From: Glaucostegus cemiculus
Taxonomy: Eukaryota
Assembly (NCBI GenBank): GCA_976551045.1
Contig: CDPCPM010000128.1
Coordinates: forward strand, 8,184,001-8,248,000
Length of the DNA stretch: 64,000 nt
Direction of reading: 5' to 3'
This document shows positions 47,501 through 60,996 of the stretch, in pieces. A program made the translations under genes and the position numbers. The notes beneath the pieces were generated by a model. The model saw only the letters and a program-made list of their open reading frames with translations, had not been told where the DNA came from and searched no databases. Positions within the stretch are counted from its first letter, which is position 1. Each line of letters starts with the position of its first letter.

Positions 47501-49699
47501 GACCCCTATATAGTGGCAGACTAGTTAATCCCAGGCAATTGATCCACAGTGTGGTTAATCCCAGGCATTGTTATCCACAGCACTGGTTAATACTGTGAAT
47601 GAATTGTAGGACTGGTTGATAGCAAACCACTGATTCACTGTGGTAGTTAATCCCATTGATTGATCTGTATAGCTGGTTAAATGATGTGTAATGCTGGTTA
47701 ATCCTGGATGAGCAATTCACAGCACTGATTGGTCCTGAGTGTTGATCTACACCACTAGTTAATCACAGGCGATTGATTGTGGCTCTGTGAAAACACAATA
47801 TTGTTAATCCTGATGGCAAATTGAAAGTTATTTCCATTTTGTTCCTGTAAAAGCTTCACGTAGCATGAATATTCTGAGTGCATCTTCAGTGTTCGACACT
47901 GGACCAAGTTCACATTAGCTACCTTTTCGATTGTATTAAAAGAGATTTAATTATTGTTTCTTTCTGGTCAGCTTCAGCGACATCAAGCACAAAAACAAGC
48001 AGCTCCTAGCTGATATTGATAGAGTGGCCTGCTTTAGAGGTTTTTTTTTCCTCAGGAAAGCAATGACTAAATATGTTTACACTACCGATTCAGTCTTTGC
48101 TACAACACTTTAAGATGATTAAGTGGGGCAGTGTGCTGTCAGGATGAATTGTGCTCCGTTTCGGAACATGCACAGAGCACAGTGTTTATTTTCACATGGA
48201 TTATTTTGTATTCACTGCAGAATAAATTCATTTGATTTTTCTTCCTTGTGATGTAGTCTCATGCTGGATGGAAGCTTTTATTTTAAGCAAAGCAGAAACA
48301 ATTTAATGCTGATGATTTCACTAATGTCCCTCAGGCTTTAACTGGTCCAAGCCTGCCTCTACTTTGTTTTAATTCAAATCAACTCAGATACTTTATAAGC
48401 AAATGTCTTAGTCAGCTTTAATTCATTCAGCAACTATCCATCACTGTCAGAATTTAATACAAATTACCAGCTACTTGGCTAAGGCTCTTCACTGCTCTAA
48501 ATTTAATTAGTTGGATTACTGATGATTAACTGTAAAGTCAGCATTGATGTGATTCTCTCTGTGAGGTTCTGCTAAGAGTGTATTTAAAGTTAATTTTATT
48601 CGGGCCTATAATTAGATTAGAAACATGAATCTGTTTATGAGTTAATTTAAAAGACACAATTGGTATCTGCAAACTAATCAAGGGATCTGTAATCGGCAAT
48701 TAGCCTCTTATTAGTTTTGCAGTTCTTACTTAAAATGTTAAGAAAACCTTTGGAGTGTGAGGATATACCACTACTGTCTCAAAATTACAAACAGGATAAT
48801 TCTCCCCGCATGGCTAGAAATTGTCATTATTAATGTTTAGTGCTTTGTGCTGACCTACAGTCTGAACAATACAACAAGATTGGTTTTCAACATGCTGCCC
48901 ATTCTAAAATACTTACAGGTTTATTCTGCAATATACAGTAGTAAAATGGAACCTGCCTCAAGAGATCAAAATGAACTTTATCAATATACAATTTCAAATA
49001 TTATAATAAAGCACAAATGTACTCTCCTGCTAATTGGTAATATATGAAAGGAACTTGTATATAAAAAGAAAATATGGAAGCTACAACACGGATATAGGCC
49101 ATCCTATCAAACTATTCATTTGTAAACTGCTACCACTTTTTCAAGGCCAATTAGAGATGGATAATAAATGCAACCTTGCCAGCTAGCCAATAGATACTTA
49201 CTTGGAAAAGATCCAAGCCTAACAAAGTCAGGAAAAGAAAACTGGTTAACAATAGAAGGTTATTTGGATGAATTTTCTCCTCAATTTACCATGTTAATGG
49301 ATTAAATGAAAGGATGAGCTGCATTGATTACTTTGCAAAAAGAAATGTCATGTTGGCATACCTGGGACAAGATCATGGAAGTTGGTGAGACGTGCCTTAC
49401 AAGAATCCAAGTAGGGCCACACCCAGTCACAGTATTTATTACTTTCCCATCACTTAAGTTTGCATCTTCATGGATCATGAAGTGAAGATGGATGGTATTG
49501 TTTGTAGCATTAAATTAGAAAAAAAGTTGTTTATTAATAAACTTGTATGATTTGAGTTGGCCAAACTATTGGAAACTGTGACATCATGAGTTTGGACTTA
49601 AAAGTAATACAACATTGCTATGCAACTGTGTTTATTGTAGAAAATACAATTTTAGCAGAGCCAGATATTCTAAGTTGCATCACAGGTAAATTGCGAGTT

Positions 49700-50800
49700 C
49701 ATCATGAGCTATACAGGAGGGATTAGGGCAAATGACGAAGAGATGGATCTAAGCGTTGGCCCTTAAGGATCCACTAAAAGGAGGGAAAAGAGTCAGAGAG
49801 ACAGATGGGTTTTGGGAGGGAATTCTGGAACTTTAGTCTCTGGGACCAGAAAACATGGCCACCAATGGTGGAGCAATTAATTTCATGGATGATGAGGCAG
49901 CCAGAATTAGAATGATGCTGATATCAAGGAGGGTTGCAGGCAGGGGTGAAAGTAACTTAAATTCCCACTAGCATGTAAATTTCTTAGCAAAAGTTCATGA
50001 TGCCAGCCACTTTCTTACTGTGCCAGCCTGCACCAGCTTACTTCCTCCTCTGGTGGAGGGCTAAAGGTCAGGGATGTACAAGGACTTGAAAACAAAGATG
50101 AGAATTTTTAAGGTTGGGCCTTGTTCAACTAGGAGACTGAAGTTCAGTGAGCACAGGGGTGAGGAGTAAACAGGACTTGATGCTCGTTAGTATATATGAA
50201 TTTGTGTGACATTGATTTCAGAGTCTAGAAAGATGGAGCCTGTCAAGTAATGTATTGAAATAGACAGGTTTAAATGGACAAAGCTGTGAGTGAGGATTTC
50301 AGCAGGAGATGAACTGAGACTGGTGAAGTAGGGCAACCTAACAGATGGCAATTGGCAGTGTTGGTGATGGCAGATATGGGAGCTGGGAAGCACAACCTGA
50401 GGCCAAACATAACATTAGCATGGTGAACAATCAGTAAAAATCATAAAACCTGCAGATGCTGGAAATCTGAAGCAAAAACTGAAAACACTGGAAATATTCA
50501 GCAGGTCAGGCAGCATTTGTGGAAAGAGAAACCAAATTATTGGTTTGCTGGGTGTTTCCCGGAGCTGAACAATCGGGTTTGGTTTCAGACAGCTGCTAGG
50601 AAGAGGGACGGAGCTGGAGGTTAGGGAAGTGAGTTTGGGATGTGGACCGGAGATGCTGGCTTCAGTCTTCCCAGTATTTGATTGTGGGAAAGTTCCTATT
50701 GAACGGGGACATTTGCAATTCAGGGAATGGAGTGGGCAAATGAAAAGTGTTAGTGAGGGAAGGCTGAGTATTGTCAGGATACTGACACTGTGTTTTCAGA
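49700..50800 (-). mobile_element. Decayed L2 LINE
   Basis: gggagggaattctggaac, ggacttgaaaacaaagatgagaatttt, tgtattgaaatagacaggtttaa...tgaggatttcagcagg (antisense SPAEILTHSF, L2 ORF2-like). Confidence 0.7.
50433..50565 (-). mobile_element. Penelope pLTR fragment inserted in L2
   Basis: ctgcagatgctggaaatctgaagcaaaaactgaaaacactggaaatattcagcaggtcaggcagcatttgtgg. 9-bp TSD tgaacaatc at 50424-50432 and 50566-50574. Confidence 0.8.
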
Positions 50801-50955
50801 TGTGTTAAACCTGAAGTTGGTGTATTTTTGTAGTTATTGGGGAATGTGGGATAAATGCAGGTTAATGGAGTTTAGTCACAGATTAGCCAGGATCTCACTG
50901 AAAGCTGAAACAAGCTTGAGGGCCTAACTTGCCTATTCCAGACTTTATATTCCTA
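50800..50955 (+). mobile_element. CR1 LINE 3' tail
   Basis: cagattagccaggatctcactgaa...gcttgagggcctaacttgcctattcc. Confidence 0.6.
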
Positions 50956-51134
50956 AAGTAAGACACCAAAGCAGACTTACTGAATCACCGAGTAGACTCA
51001 GTGCTACAGTTCATACTTATTAATTTGCACCACGTATGTGGATTCATTTCCACTGTAGACAGATGGAGAATATTGTTTCTTTGATAAGGTGACAGCAATA
51101 TGAGTGACAGCACTTGCTTTTAATAAATTAATTT

Positions 51135-51470
51135 AGAAGATCATGAGTTCGAGACTTGCTCTAGAAACTTGAGCACATGCTCTGTGCTGACATTTCAGCA
51201 TAGCACCAAGGCAGTGATCATCTGTTGGATGAAATCTTTGGGTGAAATCTTCCTTCTGGATGAACATAAAAGATTATTCAAAATACAGGCCAAACTTTTA
51301 ACCCAACACCAGTTTAAAAGCCATAATGTGGTCATTTAACAAATAGGTATTTATTGGATCTTGCTATGGAGAAATTGTCTGCCACCTTTCACTGCATTAC
51401 AGCAACGACCTTGTTTCAAATATATTCCATCAGCAGTTAAGCACTTTGGGACTTGCTGAGTTTGTAAATT
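51135..51470 (+). mobile_element. Deu-domain SINE
   Basis: gagttcgagacttgctctagaaacttgagcacat...ggatcttgctatggagaaattgtctgccacctttc...aagcactttgggac. Confidence 0.65.
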
Positions 51471-53964
51471 TTAATTCTTTCCCATTCTTAAGTGATTTTT
51501 ATCAAATAATTTCACCTTCAAGAAAATATTTTTAAACTGCTGTTCTGGAAAGTTGACAAAGGGTTAACAGATAACATCAATGAAATTACTCATTGTCATC
51601 TGTTTTTTTTCACGCGTTAGATGGTGATTGGCAAAATGCCAAGCTACATCTAGTAAAGTATTTTGTTGGTCTTTGGTCCAGACCTGCAGTGAAAGATCTA
51701 ACGAGAAATTAATATGAGTTGCTGACTACAACAATTTGGATATTTTGTAGGGTCCAAATTCAAAATGATGAAACACAAGTTGCTTCAATAAACAGTTCCT
51801 CAGACTAATTTAAAACAGAGCATTGCATTCCATCCAGCTCTGCTCGTATTACAGTAACCTTACCTCTGTAAGGAATCAGTAAAAAAAAATTGCACTGCTG
51901 CACTGCAGGAAAATATCTCTAAGTTTACTTATTGTCAAAGCCACAACTCTTTTTAAAAAGTCAGAAATCAGATGGTGCGTGCTCTTTACTCAAGCTTTTG
52001 CATACCTGTAGTTATTGGAGACTTGGACTGAGTTTTGCATTATTTTTTAATGTCACATTCAAGGATGAACAGATTCTTTTTTTGGAAAGTTTCCTGGGAT
52101 TCTTGTTTACTGAAAAGTTGATGGATTCACTAATACTGCTGTAGATCAGTGTTGAGTGTCTGAAGTCCAGGTAGGTTCAACAATTGTCAAACCAGATGAT
52201 CTCATCCGTGCAACAGAAGAGCAGCACGTTGTTGTAATCTTAACTTTATTTTCTAACTGATGTTAGTTATTCTTTTTGAGTTTAGCATTTGTCCTTGTGA
52301 ATTGGATCGATGCCTGACCTGATTCATTACACACCGTTATGATAGTGTGAGCTGTATTTCTATCGAGATGTGGAACTCTTGTGTACTACTTTATTCAGAC
52401 TGGGTCCTTGAGTACATTCTAAACTCTATTTACTTATTTATGACTTCTTTCTATCATAGTTATAGTCATCGCACCTGAGAACAAACTAGTTTTGCAGATT
52501 GATGGATTGTTTGTAAAATAGGGATCAAGTAGCAGAATATATTATAGATTTGAGCTATTGTGTATTTCCACTAAGCCAGGCTATCATGAGATATGGTATC
52601 CCTATAGATTAATTTCACCACTGTTTCTCTGTAGTTACTGTGTCATTTTCGTCCTATAAATCATTTTTCCCAATTGGAAAAAATATTTGAATAGTTAATT
52701 CCTTTTGTATTTTTTTTTGGTAATTCTAGTCAGTGACAAATATGTTAATGCATGACATTTTCTTGCTATTTTTCAGTTTTGTTGTGTGAATTTACTAAAC
52801 TACCTCTGATTTGGTGGGAGCAGTTAAACAATGCTGATAGAAATGCGGCTGCCCCAGTTGAAAGTTGCACTCGAGTTTAAAATTGCAAATGTAACGTTGG
52901 GTAGGTTGATGGAATGAGGTCATGATGAGTAAAAGCTGCAGGATACAGATTCTAATGGTTCTATTGGGCTACTGTATTAACGTTAAAACAGCATTTAAAA
53001 TCTCTCTCAATCAATGTTTTTCCTCTTGAATTATTTAGCCTGAGTACAGTGTTAGGGTCTGGTGTGGTTTGTTTATGTTCACAGCATCTTGCTGGCAGAG
53101 CTGGTATTTATTGCCCATCTCTGCTTGCTCTTTAAGAAGGCAGTGGTAGGACTCCTTGGGTTTATTGGAAGTCCTTGTGGTGAAGGTTGTCCCACTGCTA
53201 TTGAAGAACGTGCTGAGTTACACATTTTCCTCGAGTGCAGGATCTTGCGCTTGTGCTTTCCAGCAAATATTTGGTTATCAACTAGAGTTGTTTGAAAGCT
53301 TCACAATGTCCAAAAAGATGGCTGTGTTAAAAATTTCCAATTTGTTCCCTTGTGTATCACAGACAAGTAGACCTTTTTCCTGTGTTTTATGTGCTGCCCT
53401 GATTAACATGGTATTTTGAGCCAAAACATTATTTCAGAAAGAGTGTGAAGGAAGGCAGGCTTGTTTCCTGGGAATAGAGGCATTATTTGATGTTGGCCTG
53501 TAAGGGGTCAGTTACCTCAGCAGCTACACAGACGGCAAATGGTTGGGAGCAAATTACTGGACAGTAATTCACTGGGAGGGATCAGATGACATAATAAAAC
53601 AGGAGAGCCAAGCTCAATCAGCTTAGAGCATAGTGTTCTGAATCCCAGACTGCCCTTTATCTTTTACTGTTCTGGAGCTTGATTTCATTATAAGGGCCCA
53701 GTTTAAATTACATTTTTGAAGCTTATCAGCAGTCTCATTGCAAGTTTTAGAAGTCGCACCTTTTAATGATCCTATGTATAGTTTGTAGAATTGTGTATCA
53801 CATGACAGGAAGCAAGTTTTATGATGCGGTGCAATGTAGGGTAAATAATGGGATTAGATGGCAGGATGAAAGGAGACTGGCACTAACATGTAATTTTACT
53901 AAATGGTACAATAGTTGGCCCACTGATATAAAACCAATTTAAGTTTGCACAGTGCCACAAATTA

Positions 53965-54320
53965 AACGGGCTGGGGCATCTTTCTCTGTGCTGAGGGGGA
54001 AGGGGTAGACTAATGGTGGTATTTAAAATAATGAAGGAGATTGATAAGGATTGTGTTGAAAAGGTGGGGGTGGGAGAGACCAAACTGAGAGGCCATTATC
54101 TAGTGGAAGCATCTATCTGCATAATGTATTCTGGTCATAAATTCAAAAATAGAATTTGGGCAAAATTTATTTTCTCAGATTGTGGGCCTCACTGCCGCAT
54201 GGAGATGACCAGCCTAAATACATTTACATGGGAACTAGATTAGTAGATGAGAAAAAATTACAATATGCTGAAGGGATAAGCAGGAACTGGAAAGAGGCTC
54301 TTGAAAACCAGCCTTCTGTT
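53965..54320 (+). mobile_element. Degraded CR1 LINE 3' fragment
   Basis: gggctggggcatcttttctct...gtggtatttaaaataatgaagg (VVFKIMK)...gggaactagattagtagatgag. Confidence 0.65.
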
Positions 54321-57300
54321 AAATAAAATTTTGTGCAACATTTATTTGCCTGGAAACATACCCTGTTGGTTGTGTGCAAGGCACTACTGAATTTCCAGGT
54401 AATTACTTTTTGCTTTTTACCACACAACTGTTTCTACCTGGGCTACATGGCATTGTCACTTTGTGTAATACTATTATCTCCCATAATTTTTATTTCTGTA
54501 TGGTCCATTATATAAAGTGAGGCAATTGATTTTATTTTTAAGACTTGCAAGCAATAATGCCATATTAAAAGTAGGCATCAGATTAGTTTTGATCAATTCC
54601 TGGTTCTGAGATTCTTTAGCCCTTTTTTTGAAAAAAGCTTGAATTGATTGATTTCACAGCCAGCAAAGATTTATTTCCATCCAATTTTATAGCTGTCGTA
54701 ATATGTGCTGAACCTGTTACTGTTGCTATTCATGAAATGTCAATGCAAAAAGAGAATTATAGTGCAACGTGACAAGGACACAGCTGTTGCTGTGTAATAA
54801 GTTCAGGCAACAACAAAATAACAGTTGCAAGGACCAGTAGAACAGTAATTTTCACCAAACGGAGCTCTGTTCTTGATACTCAGCAGGAGCTAAAAAACAA
54901 AATAATGATATGATGTGTACTGTCAGCATTCTTAGTGTAATGGCTGGTAGAGGGAAAGTTTACGACTATGGAGAATTTAATGAGTGTTTGTGCTATTTAT
55001 GTGAAGTCATATATCATGTTTGTTCAGCTGCTGTCATGGTTAACTGCACAACCGGAAAAAATGATGTTTTGTTTATTTCACCACCCCCCCCCCTCCAAAT
55101 TCCATCACTGCATTCTAACATAAAACCTCATGTCTGTACCAAGCAAATATCAGCTTTTGAAATCAATCCAGTTTCGATGTTTGCACCTCTGAAAGATAAT
55201 TCCTTGCAACTCGGTGCAGTCAGAATGCAAAACCGTGTCGAATCCTTAAAATGAGTTCTGTAGAAAAGGCACAGGCGGAAAGTGAATATTGACAGTTTTG
55301 GAATCGTGTTCAGCTGTTGTTTTCATTGTAACCTTGCCAGTAAGTGTTTAGACTGTTTCCTCCAATTCCTAGATAAAATGTTTAGCAGAAGGAAAAAGAA
55401 ATAATGTTCACATTCACTTAAAAATCTAAACAAAGCCTATCTTTGAAAGATCAGGCATAGAATGTGTCTCAAGTTATAACTTGGAATACACTTTGAACCT
55501 CAACTAGCTCCTCCTCCACCCAAAGTAACGCATATATTATTATCCATAGGCAAACTCCCTTTGGTCTAGTTGATTAATTTGCTTTGATAGTTGAAGAAAA
55601 TTAGCTGTTTTTTCCAAATCTTCTAAATATGGGAGGCAATTTGTGAAATGACCCATTTATTTTGCTTTACATTGTATTCTGAATGCAGTACTAAGGCAAA
55701 TATTCAGGATTAACAGTAAACAAAGTTTGTCCATTTAAAGAGCCAGTGGTTCAAGGAGATTTTTTAAGCTTAAGTCAAATCCCAAGAGCCTTTTGCTGTT
55801 TGTACTTTGTGACTTTTCCCTTTGCCTGTTTTTTCTTAATTTATAGTCTGACCTGACTCTCAGAAGCAGCAACAGATTAATCTGGATATCCACAGCAAAA
55901 CTGATAGCCTGAAACAAGCAAATCTTGTGTTTTGATTCCAATTTTACCTTAGTCATGACTTTACAGATACAAGGAACATTTAATTCTAGATTTCCTGCAG
56001 CTGGCAGAGGTCTCCAGGCCAGCTGTGCTAAATGTATTTTTACCCTTGTCTCACTGCCAGCTTTTGAGCTCTGTGAAAAATAAAATAAAATTAAATGTTT
56101 CGCGTCCCAGCTGAACTGTTAAAAGAGATTTAAAAGGGAAGTTGTAACCATAGGCACCTAATTTGCTAGCAAACAAAGTGAGCTATTCTTTTATTTTGAA
56201 GATAGGCTTGTATTACAAACGGTGGAAAGAAAGACCTTTTCAGAAATCTCCATAGATGGAAAAGTAGAAAGAATGTTGGCTCATTAATCTTGTCAGGCCT
56301 GATCTCACTGAATTTAAGATTTCCATTCTGGTTCAGACCCTGCTCAGCGTAAGAATGTTCACACGGAACAAGAATTTTTATTATATGACCTCAAATTGAT
56401 TTAAATCACAGACGATTATGAATGTAAAGCATTATTGTTTCCAAAAGACTGTTAATTCTCTTATATTAAAGGGAAGAATGGCTAGTGACAGGCATTGTGT
56501 CTGGTAGCTGGGCAAACAGGGTACAAGTATCAAATGAACACATCGGTGGATGCCAGTTTGCGATGCTGTTGACTGTTAACTCTCAGAGGTGTTGGAGGTG
56601 CAGACTTAGTGCTCTTTACTTCTCATCTTTGCTTAGCATCCTCTCAGCTGCAAAATGACTCCTCTGCATTTGTTCAGTGTTGTTTGTTATCATTCATATG
56701 CCACTCCTTTTTATTCATTAGATTTTTCTGGTGCTGTCTGTGAGGCAAATATCACCACAAGAAATTTGGGTTTCTTTTTCATCTCGCATTTAATGGAACA
56801 CAGTTTGAACTAAATTCCCATCCACTGCATTAATGTGTTATTCATTATATAAACGTTACTTTAACATTACTACAGAGACCAGGAATTTGGCTGATACTCA
56901 CTATTTTGGTATCTGTGTGTGTTTCCAGTGCTCAGAAAGAACTTTTTCCAGTTTTAGCAGCTGTAAGATATTTAAACATTCCTTGTAATGGCATCTAATG
57001 ATAAATATACCCCGTGGTCTTGAACTGGAGCATTATCGCTGGCAAATTGCCATTTCCCTGGCAGTAAAAGCTCGTTCAGGCCCCCTTCTGCAAGGAGAAT
57101 GTGCATTAATATCTATGCTCTGGAAATAAAATATTTGCAAGATTACATTGTTAGCTTTTGCAGGTTAGGAAAAAAATCAGTAGCTTCCGAGATGAAGTGC
57201 TGTAGTAATGTTGCATTATATCGCTGTTTCAAGCTGAGCATGGTTTAAAGGCAAAGCAGATTTCTGACAGACTTGTTGAGACTCAAGTTAATATTTATAA

Positions 57301-57729
57301 TTGCTTTGGTTGAACTTTGATCCTCTGACCCATTAGCAGTCACAGTCCTTGGATACCAAATTGCATTTCTATCACATCCCCATCCCCCCCCCCCCCCCCA
57401 CTTCCACTCCATCTCCTTTACTTAAATTTTACTCTGTTCCCGAGGGCTGGAACTGACCAAACAGAAATCTGCCTTGCGGCCTCAGATATTGATTTTCACC
57501 ATCACTTCGCCTCCCGGTGACCAAACGCAGGAAAACCACAGAGAATGCAAAGTATTTTGCAAGTCCTGCCGAGTCAATGTAGTCTGGTGTGATTCTCTGA
57601 AAGAGAGCATCTTCCACTCCCCAAGCCTGCCATTAGTTTTGCTTCTGTAATAAAGGTCAGAGCCAATGTAACGGCAGCGTGCTTTCACTGAGCTTCTCTC
57701 TCACCGAGTGTGTTTCACGGCTGTTGCAG

Positions 57730-57928
57730 GCTGATCCTGCCCTATGAAAGATATATCAAAGGGGAAGAAGACAAGCCTCTACCTCCTGTCAAGCCTCGGA
57801 AACAGGAGAACAGCTCCCAAGAGACGGAAAGCAAGATGAAGGCAGCTGGAACCAAACGGAAAAATGAACAAAACAGAAAAGTGAAAAAAGAAAAGGATAC
57901 TACTCAGAAAATGAAAGAGTACTCTGAG
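57730..57928 (+). CDS. ARID5B: ARID5B coding exon (human exon 9 equivalent), end of ARID domain
   Basis: gttgcag|G CTG...GAG|gttagt, 199 nt, phase 2 to 0. (R)LILPYERYIKGEEDKPLPPVKPRKQENSSQETESKMKAAGTKRKNEQNRKVKKEKDTTQKMKEYSE. Confidence 0.96.
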
Positions 57929-58512
57929 GTTAGTGTTGTTCCCTTCTCCGCTGTACGTCTGTTTACCATTCTGTGTTATGACATTGTGAGTCATTGTTAA
58001 CCATGTTTCTCGAAAATGCCAGGTATTTTGTTTCTGAGACTCTCAGCATGTTGGAAATAGACGATACTTGTTGAAACTTCCCCATTCATTTCTGTAATTT
58101 GTGACTTGTCCAAAGGCAGCAAAGCTAAAGTTGTGTGGCATCAGCAGGACAGAAATCATTTAGTCACATTAGGTGTTGGACAAACGTTCTAGTCCAACCA
58201 TAGGAGTTCCTGGCATTAATTGCAGCATAGTATATTGGCCATATTTTCCTTTTCAGTTAAGAATAAGCTGCAGGTCAACCTGCAACCTTTACACTGGTAC
58301 TCAGTTGCAAGGGCAGGAATTGCTCCAGTCCAGAGTTGCCGTTTGATATATAACTGTGTGGGTTGGCAAGTGCCTTTGCCAAATTGTGCTATTAATTTAT
58401 ACTGTTGCTCCCTGGTTTGGCGCAAAATTCTTGTGTAATCTGGTGTGTAGTATTGCCAAGTGCTTTAATCTGTACTATTCAAATGCAATTTGGTATGCAC
58501 ATTAGTCTGCAC

Positions 58513-58735
58513 CGTTGCCACATGGTTTGTTTCTTTTTAACTATGGTCACATGGTTTCATGTGTACTTTGGTCACATGGTTTGTTTTATTACTATTGCCA
58601 TGTGGTTAGGAGTGTATCATTGTCATATGGTTTTATGAAAACTTTTGCTACACGATTTGTATTAAACCATTCCGCGTGACCTGGTGTATACTGCTCAACA
58701 TTGTTTGGTTTATGCCATTGTCATCTGGTTTTATA
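58513..58735. repeat. Decayed ~26-bp tandem repeat with tgtcacatggttt core
   Basis: Core recurs at 58519, 58548, 58573, 58599 and 58624, and more loosely to 58727. Confidence 0.7.
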
Positions 58736-59039
58736 CATAGCTGTGCATTATTAGTAACCTGTTCTCTGCTCAGTTTGGGTTCCACGGGGTCTACTTGGCT
58801 CATGACCAAAGAACTGATCTCCAGAGGAGAGGTGGGATTTATTTTTCATATTTACTTGTCCGCTGGCTGTAGACATCATTTGCCAATTCTTCTTGCAAAG
58901 ACAACTGCATTAATGGGGTCTGGAAGGGCACAGAGACCAGGCGAATAAGGACCACAGCTTCCTTCCTGGAAGGATTTTGGTAAATCTGGTTGTTTTTTAA
59001 ACAACAATCCACACCACACTCCAGTGCCCCTTGGCAGCA

Positions 59040-59450
59040 TTTGATGGGAGTGGCATTAAGAACTCTTGGGAAAGTTGAAATCATTGAGCATCAAGGTGAA
59101 AACACTTCACTGGTTGGATCCATACCCTACACAGGAGAAGGTGGTTGTTGAAGGTCACTACAGGAGCTCCTCCAGGCAGTGTCCTAGGTCCAGTCATCAA
59201 CTCTTCCTTCAATGATCTGCCTTCCATTAGAAGTGGAGCTGTATGCTGACAAAAGCAGTCTGCTTGATTGGCATCCCATCCACCTTTCAGACTTTCTTTC
59301 CCTGCACTGCTGTGACAAATGCACCGCAGTTACTTGCCCAGGCTGCTCCGACAGCATCTCTCAAACCTGCAATCTCTATCACCAAGAAGGTCAAGCAGGT
59401 GTGTGGGAAGTCTGCTACTTGCAGGTTTCCCTCCAAGTAGTGCACCGAAT
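59040..59450 (+). mobile_element. CR1/L2-group LINE remnant (RT motifs plus 3' end, internally deleted)
   Basis: cctccaggcagtgtcctaggtcca (PPGSVLGP), ttcaatgatctgcct (FNDLP), gagctgtatgctgac (ELYAD). Confidence 0.7.
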
Positions 59451-59454
59451 ATCC

Positions 59455-60290
59455 ATTTCCCTCGCCAACATTTTGATCTCTCGCGCTCTGTCATTAGTCT
59501 GAAATTAAACCAGACTGCTCACAACCTCAGTGACAGACTTGCCCAGACGTGAGCTTCAGTTTGCCTGGCTGTGTCATTGTTGATGCTGCTGATTTTCAGT
59601 CCAAAGACATTGCCCAACTCTGCCCCTTTCTCACCACCTCTGCTGCTGAAACCCCCATCAGGCTGCCTGTACCTCCTGGACCTGACTATTCCAACCGACC
59701 TACCTGCACTGATTCTCCATCAACTTGATGTCATCCAAAATTCTGATGCTTAGGTCGTGACTCTTGCCAAGCCCTGTTCACCCATCACCTCTGTGAGTGC
59801 TGCCTTGCATTGGCTTCCAGTTAAGTATATTGTGTTTCAAGTCCCTCCATGAGTTCAACTCCCCTGATCTCTAATTTCCTCCAATCTCATGAATCCTCTG
59901 ATTTGTCTATACCTCCTTTTTGGGGGTGGGGGGTGGGGAATCTAGACATCACTGTGAGGCAAGCATATATTGCCCTTTGAGAAGACAGCCACCTTCTACT
60001 ACTGTTCCAGACCCAGCAACCAAGAAGGGCTGATGAGACATTTTCAGGTCAAAGTGGCGTGTGACTTACACTAGCCTCTGATTCTGAATTGCTTCACCAT
60101 TGGTTCTGCTTTCAACTGCTTTGAGCCAAAGTTTTGGAATTACATTCCTTAAAATTCGCTGCTTTTTTGTTTTTACCCCTTCAAGACTGACCATGTGTTT
60201 GGTCATCTGCCCTCGTGCCTCCATTTTTGTTTGGTAACATTGCTTTGAAGTTCCCTTGCTACTTTTGTATAAACAAATGCCATTATTGCT
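59455..60290 (+). mobile_element. L2 LINE 3' portion
   Basis: SAAET, DYSN, IQNSDA, SPITSV..LHWLPV motifs; tail cttttgtataaacaaatgccattattg. Confidence 0.8.
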
Positions 60291-60996
60291 GTGCTTCTGC
60301 AGTGGGGTTTGGAGTGTTTTACCCACGTTCTTTGGATTGGAGAGTGTGCTTGCCTCTAGCTCAACACACCCCACTGCTGTTCTGTTTGGTACCTGCCTCT
60401 GATGGATGTCCTATTTAGTATATGTTCTAGTTACTGCCATTTCTCTGCAGTTTTCCCAGGCAACATTGCTATGAGGTTTGGCACATGTTGTCGGGGAATT
60501 CCGGTGGTGCTACAAGGTTTCATTTAACCAACCTGCCATATTTGCTCTGCAGTTATAGGTCACGGTGGTTGTTGGGTTCTTTCCATGAGTGGACAGGTAT
60601 TAGAAACTGGTGTTTATGAATCTTATCGTGAGCTTTCTTCAACCTGAAATAATTTCTGGTTTCTACTTTCTGGCAAGTAGTTCACTAATATCATTAATGA
60701 ATGTTACAACTTTCCCTCCAAACACAGTGGCAGAGCAGAAGAGTGTAAATTCCTGTCAGGAAGCATCAGGATTGTACTTCAAAGGCAAGGGTACAAAAGA
60801 AATAGATTTTTTTTGGGTGCTTTTGTTTCTGAACAGCGGAATGCTCCCACCTAGTGGCTTGGCGCAGAACTGATGGCAAAGATACATGACCCTGGCATTG
60901 AACAGGGTTGGAACTGCTGACTTTGCATTTGGATGCTTCAGATCCAGAAACATGATTGTGAATTTGAACTGTTTTGTGTACAGTCAAATTCCTGCT

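Larger units (their letters stand above)
46930..47812. repeat. Decayed ~31-bp minisatellite (actggttaatcccaggcaattgatccacagc-like) interrupted by LINE fragments
   Basis: Units at ~46950-47085 and 47518-47780; (a/g)gttaat recurs every 30-32 bp. Confidence 0.75.

Noticed and set aside
46930-47812. CRISPR-like array
   Set aside because: Vertebrate intron; units are contiguous and degenerate, with no unique spacers or cas genes.
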